Below are positions 5,957 to 15,271 of a stretch of DNA of 64,000 bases, in pieces. Within the stretch, counting starts at the first letter, position 1. Each line of letters starts with the position of its first letter. The position numbers were made by a program, and so were the translations under genes. Under the pieces are notes generated by a model. It was given only the letters and a program-made list of their open reading frames with translations, did no database searches and was not told where the DNA came from. Source of the stretch: Oscillospiraceae bacterium (lineage in GTDB: Bacteria; Bacillota; Clostridia; Oscillospirales; Ruminococcaceae); assembly GCA_017400345.1 (NCBI GenBank), contig JAFPTG010000003.1, positions 5,813 through 69,812 on the forward strand. Direction: 5' to 3'.

Positions 5957-8761
5957 TTATAATTTTTTACTCAAATAATAACCGGTGTACGATTTTGAAT
6001 TTTTAGCTACCTCTTCTGGCGTTCCCTCACAAACAATCTCACCGCCAAAATCTCCGCCTTCCGGGCCCAAATCAATAATATAGTCAGCATTTTTAATAAC
6101 ATCTAAATTATGCTCTACAGTTATAACTGTACTGCCTGCATCAACAAGCTTGTGTAGAACTAGAATTAATTTGTCAACATCTGCAAAGTGTAGACCGGTG
6201 GTGGGTTCATCTAACAGATACAAATTTGAACCAGGAGATTGTTTGCTAAGCTGAGCTCCCAGTTTAACACGTTGAGCTTCTCCACCAGAAAGTGTTGTAG
6301 AGGATTGCCCAAGCTTTATATAACCCAACCCGATATCGTATAAACTTTTTAATTTTCGTTTAATTTTAGGAATATTATCAAAGAAGATTACAGCTTCTTC
6401 TATTGTCATATCGAGCACATCGGCGATGTTTTTATTTTTATATCTAACGTTTAAAGTTTCTCTGTTATAACGGCTGCCGCCACAAACTTCGCAGGGCATA
6501 AATACATCCGGCAAAAAATGCATTTCAATTCTAAGCATACCGTCACCAGCACAAGCTTCACAACGCCCGCCAGCAACATTAAAAGAGAATCGCCCGGCAC
6601 TATAACCTCTGGCTTTAGATTCTGGCAAACTGGCAAATAATTCTCTAATATCAGAAAAAACTGATGTATAAGTTGCAGGGTTAGAACGAGGTGTTCTGCC
6701 GATTGGACTTTGATCTATATTAATAAGTCTGGCGATATTTTCTTGACCAATGATCTTTTTATGTTTACCGGGAACGGTATTTCCTTTACTCAAAGCACGA
6801 TAAAGAATTTGGTTGATGAGAGTACTTTTACCGGAACCAGAAACCCCGGTCACTACAATAAGTTTACCAAGAGGGAAGCGAACATCTATATTCTTTAGAT
6901 TATTTTCAGCAGCACCTTTAATCTCTAAGAATTTACCATTACCAGCGCGCCGAGTTTTTGGTACAGCAATTTGTTTCTTTCCACTCAAATAAAGCCCGGT
7001 TAAAGACTTACTATTATTTTTTATAGTTTCAATACTACCTTCGCTTACAATTTTACCACCATGAACACCGGCACCCGGGCCAATATCAACAATGTAATCT
7101 GCAGCATACATAATATCTTCATCATGCTCAACAACAATCACAGTGTTGCCTATATCGCGCAGGTTTTTAAGAGTGGCAATCAACCGGTCATTATCGCGCT
7201 GATGCAAGCCAATACTTGGTTCATCTAAAATATAAAGCACGCCCATCAACCCAGCACCAATTTGGGTAGCCAAGCGCAACCGTTGACTTTCTCCGCCAGA
7301 GATTGTTGTGGCACTGCGAGAAAGAGCCAGATAAGAAAGTCCAACTTTATTCAGGAACTCTAGACGACCTTTTATTTCTTTAAAGATATCATTTGCTATT
7401 TTTTGTTCTTTTAGATTTAACTGCAGAGTTTTAACAAAATCCAGTTCCTTGTCGATCGGCATACTACAAAATTCATGTATATTCTTACCGCCAACAGTAA
7501 CAGCTAACACTTCCGGCTTTAACCGCTTACCATTGCATTCGGGGCAGGTCACTTCGCACATATATTTTTTCAATTCTTCTTTCATAGCTTCACTAGCTGT
7601 TTCTCTAAATCTGCGCTCTAGATTATTTATAACACCCTCAAACTTAGCTGTAAAAGGCACATTTATTTTTCCAACTTTTCTAAAATACTCTAACTTTTCA
7701 TCTGTGCCGTAAAGTAAAGCGTGCACTCCATCTTTTGGAATATCGCAAAAAGGCGTATCCAGAGTAAATCCATAATGACGTGCAATACCTTCAAAAAACA
7801 TCTCTGCAAAAGATCCACTGGAACAGTACCAACCGGAAGCTTTTATAGCATTGCAAGAAAGCGAGAGCAATTTGTTTGGCACAATCAATTCCGGATCAAC
7901 AACCTCTAAAGAACCTAACCCCATGCAGTGTGAACAAGCCCCGTACGGACTGTTAAAAGAGAACATTCTAGGCTCTAGACCTTCTAGGTTTATACCATGT
8001 TCCGGGCAGGCATAATTCTGAGAAAATAACACATCGCCGATGCCGTCTACATTCACAACAGAGATCCCATTGCCAAGTTTAAACGCAACTTCCAAAGATT
8101 CAGAAAGCCGACCTTTTTGCTCTTCTTTTGCCACCAAGCGATCAACAACAACTTCAATATTGTGCTTTTTTGTTTTTTCAAGAGATATATTATCCCCTAG
8201 CTCAAACATGGTGCCGTCAACTCGCACACGAATATAACCACTGGCTTCTAACTTTTCCAGAGCTTTTTTATGAGTACCTTTTTCTACTTTGGCAATTGGA
8301 GCTAAAATTTGCACTTTAAAACCGTTGTATGAACTTAAAATACTGTCTACAACCTGGTCAATTGTTTGCTGAACAATCTCTCGGCCACAAATAGGGCAGT
8401 GCGCAATACCGATACGAGCATAAAGAAGCCTTAAATAGTCATATATTTCTGTAATTGTGCCAACTGTAGACCTGGGATTATGTGATGTGGTTTTCTGATC
8501 GATTGAAATAGCAGGCGAAAGCCCTTCAATACTTTCAACATTGGGTTTTTCAGCCTGACCTAAAAACTGCCGAGCATAAGATGAAAGACTTTCTATATAG
8601 CACCTTTGCCCCTCCGCATAAATAGTATCAAAAGCTAAAGTAGATTTACCGGAGCCAGAGACACCGGTAAACACAATCAGTTTGTTGCGAGGTATTGTCA
8701 AACTAACATTCTTCAGATTATTATTTTTTGCGCCGGTTATAACTATATTTTTTTGTTGCAT
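5957..8761 (-). CDS. uvrA: Excinuclease ABC subunit A
   Basis: 934 aa. It has two ABC modules (GVSGSGKST twice; LSGGESQR / LSGGEAQR signatures) and CxxC zinc modules. Confidence 0.97.
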   Translation of the reverse strand: MQQKNIVITGAKNNNLKNVSLTIPRNKLIVFTGVSGSGKSTLAFDTIYAEGQRCYIESLSSYARQFLGQAEKPNVESIEGLSPAISIDQKTTSHNPRSTVGTITEIYDYLRLLYARIGIAHCPICGREIVQQTIDQVVDSILSSYNGFKVQILAPIAKVEKGTHKKALEKLEASGYIRVRVDGTMFELGDNISLEKTKKHNIEVVVDRLVAKEEQKGRLSESLEVAFKLGNGISVVNVDGIGDVLFSQNYACPEHGINLEGLEPRMFSFNSPYGACSHCMGLGSLEVVDPELIVPNKLLSLSCNAIKASGWYCSSGSFAEMFFEGIARHYGFTLDTPFCDIPKDGVHALLYGTDEKLEYFRKVGKINVPFTAKFEGVINNLERRFRETASEAMKEELKKYMCEVTCPECNGKRLKPEVLAVTVGGKNIHEFCSMPIDKELDFVKTLQLNLKEQKIANDIFKEIKGRLEFLNKVGLSYLALSRSATTISGGESQRLRLATQIGAGLMGVLYILDEPSIGLHQRDNDRLIATLKNLRDIGNTVIVVEHDEDIMYAADYIVDIGPGAGVHGGKIVSEGSIETIKNNSKSLTGLYLSGKKQIAVPKTRRAGNGKFLEIKGAAENNLKNIDVRFPLGKLIVVTGVSGSGKSTLINQILYRALSKGNTVPGKHKKIIGQENIARLINIDQSPIGRTPRSNPATYTSVFSDIRELFASLPESKARGYSAGRFSFNVAGGRCEACAGDGMLRIEMHFLPDVFMPCEVCGGSRYNRETLNVRYKNKNIADVLDMTIEEAVIFFDNIPKIKRKLKSLYDIGLGYIKLGQSSTTLSGGEAQRVKLGAQLSKQSPGSNLYLLDEPTTGLHFADVDKLILVLHKLVDAGSTVITVEHNLDVIKNADYIIDLGPEGGDFGGEIVCEGTPEEVAKNSKSYTGYYLSKKL

Positions 8762-8821
8762 TTAAAGCTACCTCCTGAGCATGTTAATTTAATTTTGCAT
8801 TTCTGAATTCTAAAATTGATA

Positions 8822-9862
8822 TTAAAAAACATCTTCAATAAGAACTGGTTCACCAAATTCAATAGCATGCCTTGCTTTTTTGCCAAGTAAAGCAGACCAA
8901 AATTTGGGGCAGGCGCCGTCACCAGGGCGAATAATTTTCATATTATCAACACTTAACACTTCACCTGCTGCAATGTCTTTAGCAGCAAAAATGGACCTTC
9001 TCCTTTTTGCTTCACGTTCCTCTAGATTTGTACGTTTATAGGTTTTAGTGCCTTTAATCTGGTAGGCATTGTTCACGGCTTCCACCATAGCTTTAAACTC
9101 TGCAGGTTCCATAGAGAATTCACTGTCCGGATTTTTTATTGCTCTCGAAAGACAAAAATGTTTTTCTATTACACAAGCACCAAGAGTCACGGCAACAACA
9201 TCTGCCAAATGCCCCATCGAGTGATCAGAGAAACCAACAGGGCAGTCGAAACGCTCAATCATGTCTGGAATAACAGCTAGATTCATATCTTCAAAATTAG
9301 CCGGATATTCGCTGCAACATTTTAACAAGATAATATCTTTATTGTTGTGTTTTTCGCAGGCAGCTAGAGCTTCTGTTATCTCATCCACAGTACCCATACC
9401 GCAAGACATAACTATCGGCTTGCCTTTGCTAGCCACATATTCAATTAGAGTAATATCTGTTAGCTCGTAAGAGGCAATTTTGTAAAATTCAACACCTAAA
9501 TCTTCCAAAAAATCTACCGCAGAATTATCGAATGGGGTAGATAAAAAATCCAACCCCAACTCTTCGCATTTTTGTTTTATAATGGGCTGCCATTCCCATG
9601 GCATACTGGCTTCTTTATATAATTCATAAAGGGTTGTTCCATCCCACAAACCGCCTCTAACTTTAAAATAATCTTTGTTGCAATTTAATGTTAAAGTATC
9701 TGCGGTGTATGTTTGCAGCTTAAGGCAATCCGCACCAGAATCTTTAGCTGCTTTAACAATCTTTAAAGCGGTGTCTAAACTGCCGGCATGGTTAGCAGAC
9801 ATTTCGGCAATAAAATAAACACCGTGTTTGATTTTTTCTTTTAAATGCAAAAAGATCAACAC
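8822..9862 (-). CDS. NeuB/PseI-family nonulosonic (pseudaminic/sialic-type) acid synthase
   Basis: 346 aa. Motifs seen: FIAEMSANHAGS, GGLWDGTTLYELYKEASMPWEW, VGFSDHS, and a C-terminal SAF-like domain. The start is TTG, at either 9862 or 9853 (ambiguous). Confidence 0.8.
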   Translation of the reverse strand: MLIFLHLKEKIKHGVYFIAEMSANHAGSLDTALKIVKAAKDSGADCLKLQTYTADTLTLNCNKDYFKVRGGLWDGTTLYELYKEASMPWEWQPIIKQKCEELGLDFLSTPFDNSAVDFLEDLGVEFYKIASYELTDITLIEYVASKGKPIVMSCGMGTVDEITEALAACEKHNNKDIILLKCCSEYPANFEDMNLAVIPDMIERFDCPVGFSDHSMGHLADVVAVTLGACVIEKHFCLSRAIKNPDSEFSMEPAEFKAMVEAVNNAYQIKGTKTYKRTNLEEREAKRRRSIFAAKDIAAGEVLSVDNMKIIRPGDGACPKFWSALLGKKARHAIEFGEPVLIEDVF

Positions 9863-9871
9863 CTTTCTTTT

Positions 9872-10645
9872 TTAAAATTCAAACTCAACAGTTTTATCCT
9901 CTTTGAGGGATTTATTTAAGCCTTCAAAACGATCTATATGGGCATTTAACTGTTCAAGTGCAGGATTTTTATCCAAAAATTCTAAAACATCTGCAGTATC
10001 AAAATCATCTGCTTTGTTTAAATTTGCAAAATGGTTATATACTTCTAGAATCAGTTGATAATCTTCCAAATGATCTAACGTTAAACGTTTGTGCGCTGCG
10101 CCTTTAAAATTACATATAAGCTTTTTTATGTTATACTCTTCCGGGTGATTTTTAACATATAGAGTAACATGCTCACGCTCAGAACTAAGACGAGCTTTTT
10201 TCCAGATTTGTTTCAAAACTTCAAAACTAATAACTTCAGCATCTAACCCAACAGGGAAGGAGGTATTATCGGTACAGGCATAATCGGTTTTTTCATCTAC
10301 CAATTCAATCAAATCGTCTATATACTTACAATCAATTAACGGGCAGTCGGCAGTTATTCGTATTACGTATTTTGGCAAAAAAAGCTTTGCCGCTTGAAAG
10401 TATCGGTCCAAGACATCCAATTCAGAGCCAATAAACACACGAATACCACGGCTTGCACAGAGCTCAATCAAAGGTAGATTATTGCGCTCTATAGAGGTTG
10501 CAACAATAACATCATCCACTTTTTTGCTAGCTTTCACACGCTCAAAAACACGCTCAATTACGGTTTTACCAACTAAATCTTTTAAGACTTTGCCGGGCAA
10601 CCTAGAAGAGCCACAACGTGCTTGAATTATTGCCAAATATTTCAT
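9872..10645 (-). CDS. SpsF/acylneuraminate cytidylyltransferase-family protein
   Basis: MKYLAIIQARCGSSRLPGKVLKDL is the typical CTP_transf_3 N-terminus. ATG 10645 is preceded by AAGGAGGT. The track ORF start at 10723 is probably too long. Confidence 0.75.
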   Translation of the reverse strand: MKYLAIIQARCGSSRLPGKVLKDLVGKTVIERVFERVKASKKVDDVIVATSIERNNLPLIELCASRGIRVFIGSELDVLDRYFQAAKLFLPKYVIRITADCPLIDCKYIDDLIELVDEKTDYACTDNTSFPVGLDAEVISFEVLKQIWKKARLSSEREHVTLYVKNHPEEYNIKKLICNFKGAAHKRLTLDHLEDYQLILEVYNHFANLNKADDFDTADVLEFLDKNPALEQLNAHIDRFEGLNKSLKEDKTVEFEF

Positions 10646-10750
10646 ATTAAATACCTCCTTGCTAATTTGCATAAATTTCAATTGCAAAAAACTTGCCCTT
10701 AAGCTACGAATAGCCAAAGACAAGTTTAAACCCGGAATTAGTATATAATT

Positions 10751-11104
10751 TTACAGAGTAGATTTAGCTTTTTTTGTCAGTTCTGTAAATGCTTTTGGAT
10801 CAGCAATAGCAATTTCCGAAAGCATCTTACGATTAAGTTCGATACCGGCTTTTTTCAATCCGTTCATAAAAGTTGAATAATTTATATCATTAAGTCTGCA
10901 AGCGGCAGAAATACGTATAATCCATAATCTTCTAAAATCACGTTTTCTGTTTTTACGCCCAATATAAGCATATTGCCCAGATTTCATAACAGCTTGTTTT
11001 GCGGTTCTAAACTGTTTACTTTTTGCGCCATAAAAACCTTTTGCCAGTTTCAAAACTTTTTTTCTTCTTTTGTGGGCCATAATACCGCCCTTAACTCTTG
11101 CCAT
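10751..11104 (-). CDS. rplT: 50S ribosomal protein L20
   Basis: [29 protein letters not shown]..., a canonical L20. Confidence 0.97.
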   Translation of the reverse strand: MARVKGGIMAHKRRKKVLKLAKGFYGAKSKQFRTAKQAVMKSGQYAYIGRKNRKRDFRRLWIIRISAACRLNDINYSTFMNGLKKAGIELNRKMLSEIAIADPKAFTELTKKAKSTL

Positions 11105-11147
11105 AATATTTGTCCTCCTAAATTAAATTCTTGCGAACGATCAAAAT

Positions 11148-11351
11148 TTACTTGTATGGTATTAAAAGAGAGATAGCTTTTACATTAGTTTTATCGGCAT
11201 ATGTAGCTTTTCTCAAGCGTCTTTTGCGGTGCCTAGATTTTTTTGTTAAAATATGGGATCTATTTGCTGTTGACCTTTTAACATTGTTGTTTTTGGTAAA
11301 TTTAAAACGCTTACTAGCACTTTTGTTAGTTTTCAATTTAAATTTTGCCAT
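11148..11351 (-). CDS. rpmI: 50S ribosomal protein L35
   Basis: MAKFKLKTNKSASKRFKFTKNN...HILTKKS, a canonical L35. Confidence 0.95.
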   Translation of the reverse strand: MAKFKLKTNKSASKRFKFTKNNNVKRSTANRSHILTKKSRHRKRRLRKATYADKTNVKAISLLIPYK

Positions 11352-11381
11352 ATGAATTTCTCCTTTAACTATATAATTTTT

Positions 11382-11900
11382 TTATTTACTATTTTTTGCT
11401 GTTAAAAACATCAGCATATTTCTACTATCTAGCTTAGGAGCTTTTTCAATTGCTCCAAATTCAGCACAAGCGTCTGCAAATTTCTGCAAAAGATCTTCAC
11501 CCAACTTAGTATGCATCATTTCACGGCCTCTAAATCTCAAAACCACTTTAACCTTGTTACCGGCTTGCAAGAACCGCTTAGCATGGTTAGCTTTAGTTTC
11601 CAAATCGTTTTCCCCAATTCCCATAGAGAGCCGAATTTCTTTAATTTCTATAACTTTTTGCTTTTTTTTGGCTTCCCGTTCTTTTTTACGCATTTCAAAA
11701 CAATACTTGCCATAATCCATAATGCGGCATACAGGTGGTTGAGCGTTAGGTACAATTTTAACTAAATCCAAATTCATTTTAGCGGCTAAACTTTGAGCGG
11801 CCTCTATACTCATAATAGATTCACTAAGATCTTTTATTCCAACCACTCTAACCTCGCTGTCTTTGATCTCTTCATTGATCTGCAGTTCTTTTGTGCTAAT
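11382..11900 (-). CDS. infC: Translation initiation factor IF-3, with ATT start codon
   Basis: Track ORF 11382-11846 starts too late. The frame stays open upstream to ATT (11900-11898), 7 nt after GGAGGTG, giving ISTKELQINEEIKDSEVRVVGIKD..., a typical IF-3 N-terminus. Confidence 0.9.
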   Translation of the reverse strand: MSTKELQINEEIKDSEVRVVGIKDLSESIMSIEAAQSLAAKMNLDLVKIVPNAQPPVCRIMDYGKYCFEMRKKEREAKKKQKVIEIKEIRLSMGIGENDLETKANHAKRFLQAGNKVKVVLRFRGREMMHTKLGEDLLQKFADACAEFGAIEKAPKLDSRNMLMFLTAKNSK

Positions 11901-12100
11901 AGCAAAACACCTCCAAAGAATTTATAAATTAAAAAACAAAAAAGAAGAACGCAAGCTAAGTTTACACTTAAGTTCACGCTCAGTAAGATAAATGTTTTAA
12001 TTTATTTATACATTTAATCTAAAAAGCCGAACCTGCTCACAAAGGCAAAAGCCCTGTACAACAGGTGAGAACTTAACTGTTTCTCTTTTAGCCGCTTTAT

Positions 12101-12129
12101 ATGATATCACAATTTAATTTAAATGTCAA
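12101..12129 (-). promoter_or_regulatory. Sigma-A type promoter of the infC-rpmI-rplT operon
   Basis: The minus strand reads TTGACA-17 nt-TATCAT with an upstream TG. This implies a ~190-nt leader before the ATT start. Confidence 0.5.
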
Positions 12130-12202
12130 GTGCCGAATTACAGTTGATTGTTAAAAGTTCAGATGATATACTAAATATTATCAGTTCAACTTAAATGTAG
12201 AG

Positions 12203-13900
12203 GTGTTCTTTTTGGCAAACGGACTACAATTACTTTATAAAAAGGCAAAAAATCTTCCAGCACTGCCAGGCGTATATATTATGCGAGATGAGAAAAAAAA
12301 TATAATATATATTGGTAAAGCAAAAATTTTACGTAATAGAGTATCTAGCTACTTTTCTGCTGCTCAAAAACATTCAGCCAAAATAGAAAGAATGATTGAA
12401 CTAGTAGATGACTTTGATTTTATTGTAACAAACAGTGAATTTGAGGCATTAATTTTAGAATGTAGCTTAATTAAACAGAATAGGCCTAAATATAATACAA
12501 TGTTGCGCGACGATAAAGGCTATTCGTTTATAGAAATTCAACAATCTAAGGTTTCATGGAATAAGATCTTGGCGGTAAAGAATAAAAAAGAAGATGAGAA
12601 CCTGTATATTGGCCCGTTCATTTCCGGAGCAGCGGTATCATCTCTTGTGGAGAGTGTAAACTTGGCATTTAAACTACCAACATGTAAAAAGCAACTGCTA
12701 AAAACAAAGTATTCACGCCCATGCCTTAACTACTATATTGAGCGTTGCTGTGCACCATGTGCCCGTAAAATTAGTGAAGCAGAATATGAAGAACGGTTAA
12801 AAAACGCACAAAAAACAATAAAAAACGGCAAAAAACAGATTATTGCAGAAATGAGCAAAGATATGGCAATAGCGGCAGAACAACTTAACTTTGAAAAGGC
12901 CGCAACACTTAGAGATACAATAAAGTTGCTCGAAAAAATGAAAGACGAACAACATGTTGTGCTTAATGCAAAAATCAACTGCGATACATTTGCATTTTTC
13001 ACTCAAAAAGAAAAAACATACACATCAATGATAAAATTTGAATCTGGCAAATTAACTCAAAACCGTAATATGGTTGTTAACGGAGAACTTGATGAACAAA
13101 CAGTTAGTCATGTACTGGTTCAATATTATTCATTTAAGCACCTGCCAACGGACTATGTTGTACTAAATAAAATCTTCGAAGATCTGCCCTTAGTGCTTCA
13201 ATTTCTAACCGAAAAAAATCCTCAATTCAAAGGCATTGTAACCGTAGAAGATAAAAAATTATACACAGAAGATAAGGAAAAAAAGCTTAGTGCAACAAAA
13301 AATTGGCAAGCTATCTATAACCTGGCACTTCAAAATGCAAAACAAGGTGCTTTAAAAAAGAGTGTAAATGCAGTCAGCGTAACACAAAAACTTCAGAATT
13401 TGTTAAAATTAAGCCATGAACCGAAGCTTATAGAAATCTTTGACATTTCCAATTTTTCTGATTCCGTTATTGTGGGTTCCATGGTAACGTTTAGAGATGG
13501 CGAACCGGATAAAAGTAAGTATCGAAAATTTAAAATTAAAAGCTTATCATACCAAAATGATTATGGCAGTATGCGCGAAGTGCTGTTTAGAAGGTTCAAA
13601 AATAATATTGAACAAAAAAGAGGTTTTGAACAGACGCCGGACTTGATCCTCATCGATGGAGGCAAACAACATCTTAAGGTGGCAGAAGAAATTCTGCTTA
13701 AGTTTAACCTGGCAACAGATGCTGCGGCACTGGTTAAAGATGAGAATCATAAAACAAAAGCGATTGTATTTAAAGGCAAAGAGATTCATGTTGAAGATAA
13801 TGAGTTGTTTAATTTTATCACCAGAATGCAAGACGAAGCGCATAGATTTGCCATCACTTATGCCAGAAACCTTCATAAACGTTACTCGTTTGAACAATAA
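12203..13900 (+). CDS. uvrC: Excinuclease ABC subunit C
   Basis: It has a GIY-YIG N-terminus (PGVYIMRDEKKNIIYIGKAKILRNR) and a Cys cluster CLNYYIERCCAPC. The start is GTG 12203 or TTG 12212 (AGAGGTG lies 6 nt upstream of the latter). Confidence 0.93.
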   Translation: MFFLANGLQLLYKKAKNLPALPGVYIMRDEKKNIIYIGKAKILRNRVSSYFSAAQKHSAKIERMIELVDDFDFIVTNSEFEALILECSLIKQNRPKYNTMLRDDKGYSFIEIQQSKVSWNKILAVKNKKEDENLYIGPFISGAAVSSLVESVNLAFKLPTCKKQLLKTKYSRPCLNYYIERCCAPCARKISEAEYEERLKNAQKTIKNGKKQIIAEMSKDMAIAAEQLNFEKAATLRDTIKLLEKMKDEQHVVLNAKINCDTFAFFTQKEKTYTSMIKFESGKLTQNRNMVVNGELDEQTVSHVLVQYYSFKHLPTDYVVLNKIFEDLPLVLQFLTEKNPQFKGIVTVEDKKLYTEDKEKKLSATKNWQAIYNLALQNAKQGALKKSVNAVSVTQKLQNLLKLSHEPKLIEIFDISNFSDSVIVGSMVTFRDGEPDKSKYRKFKIKSLSYQNDYGSMREVLFRRFKNNIEQKRGFEQTPDLILIDGGKQHLKVAEEILLKFNLATDAAALVKDENHKTKAIVFKGKEIHVEDNELFNFITRMQDEAHRFAITYARNLHKRYSFEQ

Positions 13901-14007
13901 AAAGCGTATTTTTAGCACATAAACAAACTAACAATACAGCTTCAGTTCTTGCAATTTTAACAGAATTCGAATATAATATAAAAAAATATGAAACAGGGAG
14001 AAAAGAG

Positions 14008-15222
14008 ATGGATAATAATAAAAAGAAGATTGCAATTGATGTTTTTATCATTTCTATATTATTTGCAATTGCAGGGTCAGTCTCAATTTCTGTTATATCT
14101 ACAGTAAATATTTTTAATAATAAATTCAAGAATATTTCTAAATATAAACAAATATCTGCTAAAATTTATGAGCTTGATGAAATTGTCAAAAACAAATACA
14201 ATGGAACAATTGACGACAACAAACTGAATGATGAACTAAGATTAGGCTATATGAACGGCATAGCAGATAAAAATTCAAGATATATAACGAAGGATGAATA
14301 CACAAAAATAAAAAAAGGGCAGCAAGGGCAAAGAGCGCTGTTTGGTGCAGAACTAATTGCAGACGGCGGCTATATTAAGGTGAAAAAGTACTATAACACA
14401 AACTTTAATGAAGTTAACGAACTAGAGCCGGGTGACCTAATTATAAATATAAACGGAGTAGATATTACAACAGAAAATGCAAAAGAGAGTATAACAAATT
14501 TGTGGCAGCTAGAAGGCAAATCGGTAGATATAACAGTAAGACGTGGCATTAACGATATAAATAAGAACCTGGTGGTGCGCTGTGTAGATATCTTACCAAT
14601 TGAATCGGAGAATTTTGATAATATTGGATATATAAAAATTCAATCATTTAATAACAGAGCCGTAAATGATTTTGAAAAACAACTGGAAAAGATTTTAAAA
14701 GAAGAAGACGCCGTTATTTTTGATGTACGCGGAGTGTCATCTGGTGAAGTTGAATATGCAGCTAAAATGTTGGAATTTGTTTTGCCGCAAGGCTTAATTG
14801 TCTCATCTGCCCATAAAGATGGCACATCAGAGAATCTTTTTTATTCTTCTGGCCACAAGGAACTTAAAAAACCGGCTGTTGTTTTAGCGGATAGCGAAGC
14901 AGCAGGTGCAGCAGAACTCTTTGTTGCGGCTCTAAAAAACTATAATAAAGCTTTGTTTGTGGGGACGCAAACAGCAGGCAGAGGAACAATACAAGAAACT
15001 TTTGAACTGAAAGATGGATCAGCTGTTGAATTGACGACTGCTGAATTTTTACCTCCAAATGGAATAAGCTTTCACGAAAAGGGAATTATTCCTGATGTTT
15101 CGGTAGAGACAGGACTAATGCAAAATTTTGAAGAGCAATCCACTTTTAGCCAAAATGATTTACAATTGTTAAAAGGCATAGAGGTATTAAAAAACATTTT
15201 AGAGAATAATGCAACAAAGTAG
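14008..15222 (+). CDS. S41 (CtpA/Tsp-like) C-terminal processing peptidase homolog with PDZ domain; catalytic dyad apparently substituted
   Basis: It has an N-terminal TM segment and a PDZ-like ELEPGDLIININGVDI. The S41 core aligns by eye, but SASASE is replaced by AAGAAE and FGKG by AGRG. Confidence 0.75.
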   Translation: MDNNKKKIAIDVFIISILFAIAGSVSISVISTVNIFNNKFKNISKYKQISAKIYELDEIVKNKYNGTIDDNKLNDELRLGYMNGIADKNSRYITKDEYTKIKKGQQGQRALFGAELIADGGYIKVKKYYNTNFNEVNELEPGDLIININGVDITTENAKESITNLWQLEGKSVDITVRRGINDINKNLVVRCVDILPIESENFDNIGYIKIQSFNNRAVNDFEKQLEKILKEEDAVIFDVRGVSSGEVEYAAKMLEFVLPQGLIVSSAHKDGTSENLFYSSGHKELKKPAVVLADSEAAGAAELFVAALKNYNKALFVGTQTAGRGTIQETFELKDGSAVELTTAEFLPPNGISFHEKGIIPDVSVETGLMQNFEEQSTFSQNDLQLLKGIEVLKNILENNATK

Positions 15223-15228
15223 AAAAAA

Positions 15229-15258
15229 ATAACCCCTGGCATAGCCAGAGGTTATTTT
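15229..15258. terminator. Bidirectional terminator between convergent genes
   Basis: ATAACCCCTGGC-ATA-GCCAGAGGTTAT hairpin, followed by TTTT. Confidence 0.65.
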
Positions 15259-15271
15259 ATAAATTTTAAGG

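Noticed and set aside
6451-8319. Short ORFs on either strand inside uvrA, and similar ones inside topA, leuS, sbcC, recG and argS
   Set aside because: These are overlapping shadow ORFs of 60-110 aa with low-complexity translations. The host genes are full-length with all motifs intact.
11131-11355. 74-aa plus-strand ORF antisense to rpmI
   Set aside because: It is the mirror of the L35 gene. Its Leu/Phe-rich translation is typical of the antisense of a Lys/Arg-rich gene.
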